Source: a virus. Taken from it: 64,000 nucleotides of DNA. Under the pieces are notes generated by a model that searched no databases, was not told where the DNA came from, and saw only the letters and a program-made list of their open reading frames with translations. The translations under genes were made by a program, and so were the position numbers. Below are positions 32,252-41,535 of the stretch, piece by piece. Within the stretch, counting starts at the first letter, position 1. Each line of letters begins with the position of its first letter. Location: IMG/VR virus record IMGVR_UViG_3300047462_000172. One strand, 5' to 3'.

Positions 32252-32537
32252 CTTGTATTCTCCGAATGTGTTGCGAAACAGAACCTTGAGCAGTTTCTTG
32301 GAATAGCTTCTTTAGGAATGCCTGTCGCTCAGCCTCAGTCATTGAGACCTCGTACTCCTCCTTCGCCTTTGACCAGCCAATGTATGCAAAATAATTCTCA
32401 ACAATCTCTTCAACCCTCACAACATCTTGAGGGTTGCCAAGTTTTACCAACTGGCGCAACTCGGAAAGTTCATGGTCCATTTGGTCTCCAATAGAGATAG
32501 GGAGACCCTATGGTCTCCCATACTCTTGTTGCTGCAG

Positions 32538-32984
32538 CTAGGCTGCGTGCTTCAGTTTCTGGTAGTAGGTGCTTGCTCCTGCGGGAGTAAGCCCTGCATC
32601 CTCCATGAAGGCGCTCAAGACATCCTTTCGGGGTTTCTTGGCGAGCTTCTTGAAGATTGCTCGGCAGATGCCTGCCTTCGAACCCTCATCTGGACGTCGA
32701 CCCCTACCCGAGCTTCCGGAGGCACGCTTCGTTGCCTTCCCACCGTTTCCTTCGGCTGCAGTGAGAAACTTCTGGTAGTATGTCGATGCGGATGATGGCG
32801 TCAACCCAACATTCTCGACGAAGGCTTCGAGGACTTCCTTGCGCGACTTCTTGCTGTGCATTTTGTGAAAGATCGTTCGAGCCTGTTCCGTCTTCGAACT
32901 GGTTGGTACGACTCGAGTTGCGCGCTTGGTGGCGGTTCGGGTACGTATCGTTTTCGTGGGTGCAGGTGCAGTCTGTGTTTCCAT
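32538..32984 (-). CDS. Protein made of two tandem 'ASTYYQK' modules
   Basis: SKTEQARTIF..SRKEVLEAFVENVGLTPSSASTYYQKF and SKAGICRAIF..RKDVLSAFMEDAGLTPAGASTYYQKL. Confidence 0.75.
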   Translation of the reverse strand: METQTAPAPTKTIRTRTATKRATRVVPTSSKTEQARTIFHKMHSKKSRKEVLEAFVENVGLTPSSASTYYQKFLTAAEGNGGKATKRASGSSGRGRRPDEGSKAGICRAIFKKLAKKPRKDVLSAFMEDAGLTPAGASTYYQKLKHAA

Positions 32985-33465
32985 GTCAGTCTCCTAAATG
33001 ATTAATAAACAAAGTGTGTCGGTCAATCTTCGAGAACTACGATGACTTTAATATCAAGCCGGGTTTCAGCCACCTTGTTGATACTTGCCTCAAGCTCTCT
33101 TGAGGCGGTCAACGCAAATCCCGTTGATGGAGTAAAGATACGTGGGTGGGGGGTAAGGGTCAACAACCCCTAAATCAATCACACTACAATAAACGACTAA
33201 CTCGTTGATTTTAAAAGGAAAGAAAAATCGAAGATTTTCTATATTGAAATCGAAGATTTCTGTTTTGGGGGTGAAGATGGGAGAGATTCAACCCTGAATC
33301 TCTCCCTGTACCTTCTTCACAACAGACTTGTCTTCTATAAGATGGCTGAAATCTTATAGTACTCGTCCGACACACTTACGTAGGACTCACCGACAAAAGG
33401 CATAATACACGATCAAAATCAATTTGTCTATCCGTTAACGCGCCTAACACGTGTTTTTGGCGGAT

Positions 33466-34086
33466 TTATTTTTCTTCCGAGACTAGTTGACTTGTAGAGC
33501 CAACATGCGTATAATCATTTGCGGTGCCCAATGGTTCAGTAATCGCAAGTGTCGATTGAGCAGCACTGACGATCGGGTCAATAATGACCGCCTGGGCTTC
33601 ACGGAACATGATATTTCCCTTGTGAAAGTCAGGACCATATGACTTAAAGAGTTTACCAAGCACTCGGCGAACTTCCGAAAGGTGGTTCATCCTCTCCATA
33701 TCAGCAAGTCCGAGTAATTGAACCATTGCCGTAATGGACTCGAATCGTTGGTTATCGAAGAGACAGAGAGCACCATCGATCTCTCGAGCGGATCCTTTAC
33801 GGAGCCTCTCCATAACAACGACGAGGTATGGATCCTCATTCTTAGGGGAGTATTCGGTCGCTGACTGGATCTTAGGAAACCAAGGGTTATCCTGATGCTT
33901 AAGAGCCTCTGCAATGAAACTCCGGTAAGCCTCATCTCGACAGACCTTAATGACTGTTGGTTCTATTGCATTTGCGAAAACCGATCCGTACTTGCCAGCC
34001 CCAATCTGCTTCATTCCTCGACGCTTGATAATATCCAAGACAAACGTTCCCCTGTCTAGGGGTATCTTCGACATTGCTATCTTCAT
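33466..34086 (-). CDS. Protein-kinase-like (PKc/APH fold) enzyme
   Basis: Gly loop IGAGKYGSVF, VIKV lysine, 'VVVMERL', catalytic DFHKGNIM, IIDP. Confidence 0.8.
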   Translation of the reverse strand: MKIAMSKIPLDRGTFVLDIIKRRGMKQIGAGKYGSVFANAIEPTVIKVCRDEAYRSFIAEALKHQDNPWFPKIQSATEYSPKNEDPYLVVVMERLRKGSAREIDGALCLFDNQRFESITAMVQLLGLADMERMNHLSEVRRVLGKLFKSYGPDFHKGNIMFREAQAVIIDPIVSAAQSTLAITEPLGTANDYTHVGSTSQLVSEEK

Positions 34087-34289
34087 TTACCGTTCTGCTC
34101 CTGCTATCAAGACATGTCCATCGTATATCTTCCGTGATGGACTTTATCGTCAAACCCTGTTGGTATTACCCAACGGCGAGCACTATAACCCATTAACTGT
34201 TATGCCATCAACAGTCCCTCCGTCAGACGCTTGACCGTAATGCGATATAGAGTAGACTCCGGATCGTCATTTAACCAAAGGAGTTTTCT

Positions 34290-34598
34290 ATGAAGCGAAT
34301 TCATCAGTCGAGTACCGTTAAGGGGATCCTTAGGGGAGCGTTGGCGAAGATTAAGAAAGGCTGGACGCAAGGACAGTTTTCTAAACGGACTGGTAAAGGA
34401 AGGTCCTACTGTGCAGTTGGTGCGATGCGTTCTTGCAGCAGCAATTCTATTAAAGGTGTAGACGCAGTGATTCAAGCCAAAAGATTGTTGGTTAAGGCTA
34501 ATGGTATCCGTTGGGGTATCGTTGATTGGAATGATCAACCGAGGCGGACGCAGGCTGATGTTATCGCCGCATTCAAGAAGGCGATAACTCTCGCATAG
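34290..34598 (+). CDS. DUF6197-like basic protein
   Basis: 'GWTQG...YCAVGAM...WND.P.RT..DVIAAF' pattern. Family name is from recall, not a search. Confidence 0.6.
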   Translation: MKRIHQSSTVKGILRGALAKIKKGWTQGQFSKRTGKGRSYCAVGAMRSCSSNSIKGVDAVIQAKRLLVKANGIRWGIVDWNDQPRRTQADVIAAFKKAITLA

Positions 34599-34607
34599 GG
34601 CAGACGC

Positions 34608-34644
34608 TTGACCATAATCGTAGGGTGGTGGAAACTCCACCCTA
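34608..34644 (+). promoter_or_regulatory. Hairpin-embedded promoter of the helicase/MTase operon
   Basis: TTGACC-17-GAAACT, with TAGGGTGG/CCACCCTA arms flanking the -10. Confidence 0.6.
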
Positions 34645-36135
34645 TTGTTAATTATTGGAGTAGTTATGAAGCAGTTGCGTCCGTATCAAGGAACTCTTAA
34701 CCAGAAAGTCAACTCGTTTTTGGCTGATCCTTTGTTAATTCGTGGTCAGGTACATGCACCAACTGGTGCTGGCAAGACTGAATGTTTCATTCACACAATT
34801 AACGACTGGGTAAATATAGTGAACACCATGATTCAGTTGTATGGTGCACCTCGCAAACAGCTGCGTATTTTAATTGCACACCCTCGTATCGCCTTAAGCC
34901 AGGATCAGCTTGCACGCTTCAAGGCATCTTTTAGTTCAGATTTGTTTACCTACACTTCGTTCCATAGTGGCGTTCACTATGGAACCGCTGGTGAAACAAA
35001 CACTTGTGAACCTGGTGATCTTGTGACTTTGATGGAAGGTACTGAAAAGCATCACATTACATTCTCCTCGTACAAGAGCTTGCGTAAGCTTAGTGCAATT
35101 CAATTTGACATCATCATTTGTGATGAAGCTCATAATCTGGTTTCAGATAAAATGGAAGCTACTGTTGCTAGCTTGAATGGAAAGAAGATCCTCTTCTACA
35201 CCGCAACACCGATTGTGAAAGATGATGAGGAAGAAAATGGAATGGACAATCCTGACCTCTTTGGAGTTGTAATCCATCAGCTTGTGCCTTATGAGCTGAT
35301 TCAGCAGCGTTACATTCTTCCTCCTCTCGTTCAATTTATTGATGTTGAAACAGATGCGATGGGTGAAGTTGATCCGATTCAAGCTATTGTGCTTGCATAT
35401 GAAACGCAGCGCCCTCTGGTGACAAAATTTGGTCTTCAATATCATCAGATGTTAGTTGCTTGCTCTGGCTCACCTGACATTCGAATGATTAACGAACGAA
35501 TCAGTGACATTAAAGCCAACCTCCCCAACGTGCGTATAATCACAATCATGGCTGATGGAAATGATCAGTTAATTAGTGGCGTACACGTTGATGGTATGCG
35601 AACTGGCCTTGATCGATTTGAAGTGTTAGATCAGCTTCGTGCTGGTCAAGATGCAATCGTCGTTCACTACAACACTCTTGCTGAAGGTATCGACATCAGC
35701 ACATTGTCTGGTGCTTTTGTGATGCGAGTGCTTGGTCAAGTGAAGTTGATTCAAACGATTGGTCGTCCTGCACGTCCGTATGTTGGTGATTTGGATGCAG
35801 ATGGTAATCCGATCTTCCGCCAAGGAATGGACATCGCCTCTGACAGCCGTAAGAAGCGCTACTCCGTGATCACCTTCATGCGAGTGAATGGTCAGTTGCT
35901 TGGTGAGGATAGCGCTGTATCAGTTGAGCGAGTTGCTGATGCATTTGTCTCTGGTGGTTATGATGACCTTCAAACCTACCTTGATCCGATGGTTCTTCAA
36001 GGCAAGAGCCTTGCACCTCCGAGTGGTGAAAAGGAAGAGACTGATCCTACGATTCTTGACAACATTCAAGACCACGCTCACGTGGAGAACTGGAATCGTT
36101 TGAAGAATGCTGGTGTGATAGGTGACTGGGCTTGA
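34645..36135 (+). CDS. SF2 DExH helicase/translocase (restriction-enzyme ResIII/ISP-like), no nuclease tail
   Basis: APTGAGKT, DEAH, TAT, LAEGIDI, IQTIGRPAR. Confidence 0.85.
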   Translation: MLIIGVVMKQLRPYQGTLNQKVNSFLADPLLIRGQVHAPTGAGKTECFIHTINDWVNIVNTMIQLYGAPRKQLRILIAHPRIALSQDQLARFKASFSSDLFTYTSFHSGVHYGTAGETNTCEPGDLVTLMEGTEKHHITFSSYKSLRKLSAIQFDIIICDEAHNLVSDKMEATVASLNGKKILFYTATPIVKDDEEENGMDNPDLFGVVIHQLVPYELIQQRYILPPLVQFIDVETDAMGEVDPIQAIVLAYETQRPLVTKFGLQYHQMLVACSGSPDIRMINERISDIKANLPNVRIITIMADGNDQLISGVHVDGMRTGLDRFEVLDQLRAGQDAIVVHYNTLAEGIDISTLSGAFVMRVLGQVKLIQTIGRPARPYVGDLDADGNPIFRQGMDIASDSRKKRYSVITFMRVNGQLLGEDSAVSVERVADAFVSGGYDDLQTYLDPMVLQGKSLAPPSGEKEETDPTILDNIQDHAHVENWNRLKNAGVIGDWA

Positions 36136-36165
36136 TTGAAGGCAGGAATAGGGTAAGCTACCTTT

Positions 36166-37413
36166 ATGTTGAAACCAACCAAGACACCACTCGAACAGTT
36201 AATTGCAGCTCCTAGGCTGACGATTGATCTTGCTATTCGTGAACATCGTAACGCGCAGCACATGGCTGGTGAAGCGAAGACGATTCCCTATACGCCATAT
36301 CCGTTGATTGATGAGATCAGTCAGAAGATTGAACCTATATCAACTGGTTGCTTAACTGCTTCAATTCTGGTATTATATACGATTGAGTGGGCGATGTATT
36401 TGGTAGCTAAAGGCTTCAAGAATGTCTCGCTGACCACTCGTACGTTTGATCCAGGAATGAATACCTACTGCGCGAAGTTTGGTATTCGCTACATTACAGA
36501 AGAGCAAGCAAGCAAAATGAAATTTGATGTAGTAGTTGGAAATCCTCCGTATCAATTTGATACAAAGAAAAACAACAAATTGTATGTAGACTTTATCAAA
36601 AAAGCATTCCAACTTTGTAATGATAATGGATTTGTCGCGTTAATAACTCCCGAGTCGTGGAGAACCATGGCTGAGGTATACGACGCGTTCTTTCTTCAAC
36701 AGAACGTCATTTCTCTAAACTTGAAAGAGTGTGGTCGTCATTTTCCTGGAATCAACATCATTTTTAGTTATTTTGTTACGCAGTATACAAACACTTCAGC
36801 AACATCAACAGAAATCATTACTGAAGATGAAGTAGTCAACCGAAAATTACCAGTGATCCTGGGTACAGGAGTTGACGCTCATACAGCTGAAGGCATTTAT
36901 GAAAAGGTGTTAAACAAGACACCATTCGATGTCTTCACCAGTTATACGCATCATACTGATAAAGCCGGAAAACGCTTGACTGTCGAACGCACACAGGACT
37001 CAATCTTTAATGTTCCAGTCTTAAATTCGATCAAAACTTCAAAGAAAGGTGATGTATACATTTGGGCAAATCGTAATTGTGATAAGCAACGTGGGGTACC
37101 ACGAGTAATTGTGTCGACGTGGCCAGCACAATATGAACAAACATTGGTATCTGATACGATTGAAACGTCACAAGCATTCGTGCAGGTTCGCTGTAATACA
37201 ATTGCAGAAGCGACCTCAACTCAATTGGTGCTGAAGTCCAAACTTTACAGATTTTTAGTTAAAACTCTTTGTCCTCAACGTTCATTAACTGTAGGCATGC
37301 TAAAGAAGTTACCCGCTGTTGACGTGACCCGATCTTGGACAGATGCTGAGCTTTATGAACACTTTAAGCTTACTCCTGAAGAGATCCAGTTGATAGAGGA
37401 CACAATCAAATGA
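36166..37413 (+). CDS. N6-adenine DNA methyltransferase, Eco57I/gamma-type catalytic half plus TRD
   Basis: KFDVVVGNPPY, 'LYVDFIKKAFQL...GFVALITP.SW', tail 'W..AELYEHFKLT.EEIQLIE'. No recognisable motif I. Confidence 0.8.
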   Translation: MLKPTKTPLEQLIAAPRLTIDLAIREHRNAQHMAGEAKTIPYTPYPLIDEISQKIEPISTGCLTASILVLYTIEWAMYLVAKGFKNVSLTTRTFDPGMNTYCAKFGIRYITEEQASKMKFDVVVGNPPYQFDTKKNNKLYVDFIKKAFQLCNDNGFVALITPESWRTMAEVYDAFFLQQNVISLNLKECGRHFPGINIIFSYFVTQYTNTSATSTEIITEDEVVNRKLPVILGTGVDAHTAEGIYEKVLNKTPFDVFTSYTHHTDKAGKRLTVERTQDSIFNVPVLNSIKTSKKGDVYIWANRNCDKQRGVPRVIVSTWPAQYEQTLVSDTIETSQAFVQVRCNTIAEATSTQLVLKSKLYRFLVKTLCPQRSLTVGMLKKLPAVDVTRSWTDAELYEHFKLTPEEIQLIEDTIK

Positions 37414-38099
37414 AGCCAATCTTCCAAGACCTGTGCATCAACTTCGATCAGCTACTTTCTACGCCTGACCTCAAGCAGATGCTAAAGGTCCTCGACAAGC
37501 AGTCTCAGGACAAAGAAGCTAAGAAGCGTACTGATCCTATCAAAGCACCTCTCTATGAAGAGTCTGAGAAGTGTCCGCTGTACTTTGGTCTTGGCTTCGA
37601 ATGGCTCGCCTACCACTTCCTGGTTCAGTATGGCAAGTATTGGAACATCTCTCCTCTTCGTATGGTAATGAGCATTGGCTCAACCGAGAAGGACGTTGGT
37701 GTTGATGGGGAGGGGATCACTCACGCCAAGATTGGCAACTTCGTTGGTACGAAGCCTACTCCTGGTTCTCCTGTCTACTTGCAGATGAAGGCAACGTTGG
37801 ACCCAACGAAAGAGTACACACCAAATGATGGTTCACGCCTTGGCAACTTCTTCGCTGCTGCTCAGTGCAAGGCTGCACGCGCGAAGAAGTCGCAGACCGC
37901 GCGTTACGTTGTAATGCATACAGGAAGCAAGCTATCCTACCATTTCAATAACTATGCGCCGAATGTTGAAGAGATCAACTTTAAAGACATCTCTCAGAAG
38001 ATGGATGGTGATTATGGGTTCTTAAACTATCTACGTGCTGAAGTTGGTCTTGATCCTATTGCACAGCCTGAATGCGCAGAGGACGTTGAAGCTGCATGA
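37410..38099 (+). CDS. Putative Mrr-type PD-(D/E)xK endonuclease
   Basis: 'GFEWL...KDVGVDGEG...YLQMK' fits E...DxG(V/I)D...QxK. Confidence 0.6.
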   Translation: MKPIFQDLCINFDQLLSTPDLKQMLKVLDKQSQDKEAKKRTDPIKAPLYEESEKCPLYFGLGFEWLAYHFLVQYGKYWNISPLRMVMSIGSTEKDVGVDGEGITHAKIGNFVGTKPTPGSPVYLQMKATLDPTKEYTPNDGSRLGNFFAAAQCKAARAKKSQTARYVVMHTGSKLSYHFNNYAPNVEEINFKDISQKMDGDYGFLNYLRAEVGLDPIAQPECAEDVEAA

Positions 38100-38503
38100 T
38101 TGATGACATCTACCGCTCTGAAGAACGAATCAAACAAAACGGTGAGGTCTTCACTCCGATGCCCCTTGTTTATGAGATCCTCGACAAGCTTCCTCCTGAA
38201 GTCTGGCACAAAGACAAAACGTTCCTTGACAACTCATGTGGCGATGGCAACTTCCTCGAAGGTGTCCTTCGTCGCAAGGTAGAGAAAGGAATCAAGGTGC
38301 TGAAGGCACTATCAACGATCTATGGTGTAGACCTTATGCCCGACAATGTCCTTCACGCCCGCCAGCGACTCGTTCGAATCGCAAAGGAACTCAATCCTAA
38401 AGTGAAAGAGGACGTATGCCGAGAGATCGTTAACGCAAACATCGTCTGCCACGACGCTCTCACCTACGACTATTCATTCAGCGAAGAACCACTGTTGACT
38501 TGA
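38096..38503 (+). CDS. SAM-binding N-half of a gamma-class DNA methyltransferase
   Basis: Motif X 'GEVFTP', motif I 'LDNSCGDGNFL', 'IYGVDL', 'IVCHDAL'. Ends before any NPPY. Confidence 0.8.
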   Translation: MIDDIYRSEERIKQNGEVFTPMPLVYEILDKLPPEVWHKDKTFLDNSCGDGNFLEGVLRRKVEKGIKVLKALSTIYGVDLMPDNVLHARQRLVRIAKELNPKVKEDVCREIVNANIVCHDALTYDYSFSEEPLLT

Positions 38504-38731
38504 TGACCCTGTTAGGTGATAATGGCTTCGACGTCGCGATGAGCGGGTGGCCCAGGGAGTCCCGGAACGTTGTCTAAAATTTTATATGGGCAGACCACTT
38601 GTATTGTACACCATTTCACGCGAAATTCATACTAATTTATTTGCTTTTTCGCTCGCTATTTCGCTCAGTGAGACAGTTGTAGATAAACCACCGAACCACG
38701 ATAATCACCCTATTGTTAAACAGCGGAGAGA

Positions 38732-39910
38732 ATGATGGCGAAGAAACTAGTTCAAGAAGTCGATCAGTTCGAAGATGACGAAGCGATCGATGGTGGTGAA
38801 GATGAAGTCCAAATGTATGGCGAGAAGGAAGTTCGCTGGTATCAGAAGGCTGCTTGCAATCAAGTCGCTGACGCTCTCGAACGAGGTGTGAAGCGCATTC
38901 TCGTTGAACTTCCGACTGGTGCTGGTAAGACGATTACGTCTGGTCTGATCTTCTCTGATGATCGGAATCGCAAGACTCTCGGAATCAAGAAAGGCAAGCC
39001 TCTGCGTCTACTTTTCATCGCTCACAAGCACAGACTGTTGACTCAGGCTGAGCAAGCGTATGCAGATGCTGCTGGTGTTCAGTTCATTCCTCACTCTGCG
39101 TTCATGGACATTCCTCCTGGCTTGGTCTGGGACATCGCTTGTATTGATGAAGCACACCATGAAGCGATGCAGACGATCCAATACCGTTTGGATAAGTTGG
39201 GTCGCAAGGTGATCATTGGTCTTACGGCGACTCCTGATCGAGCAGACGGAATGCTGATCAAGTTCGAAGAGATCGTTGCTCCGATCAGTCGAGAACAGTG
39301 TGTCGCTGAGGGTTGGTTGGCGGAGACTTCGTTGAACTCGATCGTTGATACACCTGCACAGGACAAGGTTCCGATCACGAAGATGGTCATCGATCAGTTT
39401 GGTCATGAGTTTGGTCAGACGATGATGTTCTTCCGAACGAAGCAGGAAGTTCGTGAGGTCAACGAGTATCTCTCGAAGTTGAAGTTCCGATCCATCGCTA
39501 TCCTAGATCAATCCAACAATGAGTTGGATGACCTTCTGAATCGATTCAGTGCTGGTAAGGTCCAGTTCCTCTTGAACTGCAATAAGATCAATGAGGGCGT
39601 TGATGTTAAGGGTTGTACTGATGTGTTCCTCGGTCGTCAGTATGGTTCTTATCCTCAACTGAATCAAGTGATTGGACGAGCCTCGAGACCTGATTCCGAA
39701 TGTCGTGTATGGGAGTTGATCAATCCGTTGAGTGGTCGGAACTTGGACACTACCGTTGTCGTTGGTACTCCGAAGCGTCATCGTTTGATCTCGAAGCGTC
39801 ATGGTAAGTGGATTGAACAGGACTTCGATTATGTATCTCATCGGAATGAGATCCAGTCGGGGATCACGATTCGTCATGGGACGGCATTGGATCGGGCACA
39901 GCGAGCGTGA
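38732..39910 (+). CDS. SF2 DExH helicase
   Basis: LPTGAGKT, DEAHH, TATPDRADG, INEGVDV, QVIGRASR. Confidence 0.9.
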   Translation: MMAKKLVQEVDQFEDDEAIDGGEDEVQMYGEKEVRWYQKAACNQVADALERGVKRILVELPTGAGKTITSGLIFSDDRNRKTLGIKKGKPLRLLFIAHKHRLLTQAEQAYADAAGVQFIPHSAFMDIPPGLVWDIACIDEAHHEAMQTIQYRLDKLGRKVIIGLTATPDRADGMLIKFEEIVAPISREQCVAEGWLAETSLNSIVDTPAQDKVPITKMVIDQFGHEFGQTMMFFRTKQEVREVNEYLSKLKFRSIAILDQSNNELDDLLNRFSAGKVQFLLNCNKINEGVDVKGCTDVFLGRQYGSYPQLNQVIGRASRPDSECRVWELINPLSGRNLDTTVVVGTPKRHRLISKRHGKWIEQDFDYVSHRNEIQSGITIRHGTALDRAQRA

Positions 39911-39970
39911 GTCGCTGGACGATCCCACTGAATCCAACTAAGATCCCACTATCGAAACACGGAGAGCATT

Positions 39971-41164
39971 ATGATTCCTTTTGACACGAATAAGTTAACC
40001 GTCAAGCACATGCAACTGAAAATGATCAGTGGTGCGTTGGGTGGAATGATGACCGTTCTCGATGAGAAACGGACTGCGAAGGCTGGTAAGGAGGTCTTTC
40101 AGAAGATCAAGGTTCCTTATCAACTGACTCGTGCATTCACGAAAAAGTATCGGATCACGAAATACATCAAGACTGTGCTGACTGCGGTTGTCTTCTACGA
40201 GAACCATGTTGTTTGTGTTGAACGACATCCTCTTGGAAACTTGGGTAAGGAAAAGACCCAAGGTCTGAATGGTGAGGTCTCGTGGGTGTCCGATGCAGAG
40301 AAGAACATTCGTGGAATGTTGGCTCCTCTTGCTCACGAGAAGGACTGGTACATTGATGGATCGTATGTCTATCACGTTGCGAACAAAGACCTTATTGATG
40401 CTGAGATCCTCTCATCGGATCGCAAATTTCGTCAGGTCAAGGTCGATGCTGTCAAGTTATCTGCTCTCGGTGATATTCCGATCGTGGAACAACGAGTGTG
40501 CTTGGCATTCTTTCCTTCGAATGGTGCGATGGCGTTGACTCCTCCGATTTGGAAGACTCTTACGAATATCGGACAGAGGCAGTTGACTGCGAAGGGTGAT
40601 ACACGAGCCGATGATATCGAGGATGACTCTTCGATTACGTATGTTCACAACGAGGCTGATCAGACACAGTTCGATCAGGTCGATCAGATGCTCTGTGTCA
40701 ACCTTGGATTCGCATTGAAAGCAGGACGTGTCCTTTCTGAGGTGTTTGGTTATGATTCGATCGAGCCGCTTGGTCTCGATGATATGATGATTCAACTTCG
40801 GACTGTGAACCTTCCGAACATTGCGAATGAGGTCAAGCAGACTTTCGATACTGGACTTCGATTCACGATTGCGATCGCTTGGTTGATCGGAATGACCAAG
40901 CGTGTTGAGACATTGGACTCGTATGTTGCATTAAGGACTCTCCTTAAGCACTTGACGACGAAGGGTGTCTATCGTAAGGGTGCGTTTCGTCCTGAGTCGA
41001 TCTTTAAGACTGGTGCTTCACTCGATCAGGTCAAGAGGATTTCGATCAAGGAAGCGAAGGCTGCAGTCAAGAGTCTGACGCTTGATGATTTCTTACGCGC
41101 CAGTCGCATTGCCCGAGAAGCAGATAAGGGTGATGCTCCTGTCGTCGATCAATTAGGAGTCTGA
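39971..41164 (+). CDS. Hypothetical protein (397 aa)
   Basis: GGAGAG RBS, long ORF, no motif recognised. Confidence 0.75.
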   Translation: MIPFDTNKLTVKHMQLKMISGALGGMMTVLDEKRTAKAGKEVFQKIKVPYQLTRAFTKKYRITKYIKTVLTAVVFYENHVVCVERHPLGNLGKEKTQGLNGEVSWVSDAEKNIRGMLAPLAHEKDWYIDGSYVYHVANKDLIDAEILSSDRKFRQVKVDAVKLSALGDIPIVEQRVCLAFFPSNGAMALTPPIWKTLTNIGQRQLTAKGDTRADDIEDDSSITYVHNEADQTQFDQVDQMLCVNLGFALKAGRVLSEVFGYDSIEPLGLDDMMIQLRTVNLPNIANEVKQTFDTGLRFTIAIAWLIGMTKRVETLDSYVALRTLLKHLTTKGVYRKGAFRPESIFKTGASLDQVKRISIKEAKAAVKSLTLDDFLRASRIAREADKGDAPVVDQLGV

Positions 41165-41535
41165 GATGAACAATGTTCACATTGAAAAGATCACCCAGGT
41201 CAACATAACGCTGACTGCGGATCAGTGGGACCTCTACACGAGGTCAAGGGACTGCTCGGAAGCGGCAGAAGCGTTGAACAAGACGCTGGAGGAGTCTATA
41301 AATGATGGACTCAGTCGCGAAGAGGTTGTTCTGATGATGGATCAGGTGATGGTGAAATACGCAAACTATGGTGCTTGGGATACTGAACCTCGCTGGGTCC
41401 TTGAACAGATCCTCGATGAAGTGTTTGGAAAGGAAGTTGTTTCGGTGAGGCGTTGACTTGATAGGGTGAGTAATATATACTCTCCGGGCTGATGAAATTT
41501 AACCAACGTGCTATGGTAGCACACGAGGAGTTCAA

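Larger units (their letters stand above)
14752..33460 (-). repeat. Array of repeated promoter-RBS cassettes, each heading one or a few small genes
   Basis: Recurrent minus-strand header TTGACC/TAGACY-16..17-(T/G)ATACT-CTCYYCATC-N3..5-AGGAGA-N4..8-ATG, e.g. near 15340, 15630, 16080, 16390, 17440, 18370, 19270, 20900, 21730, 24030, 25670, 29660 and 32490. Confidence 0.85.
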
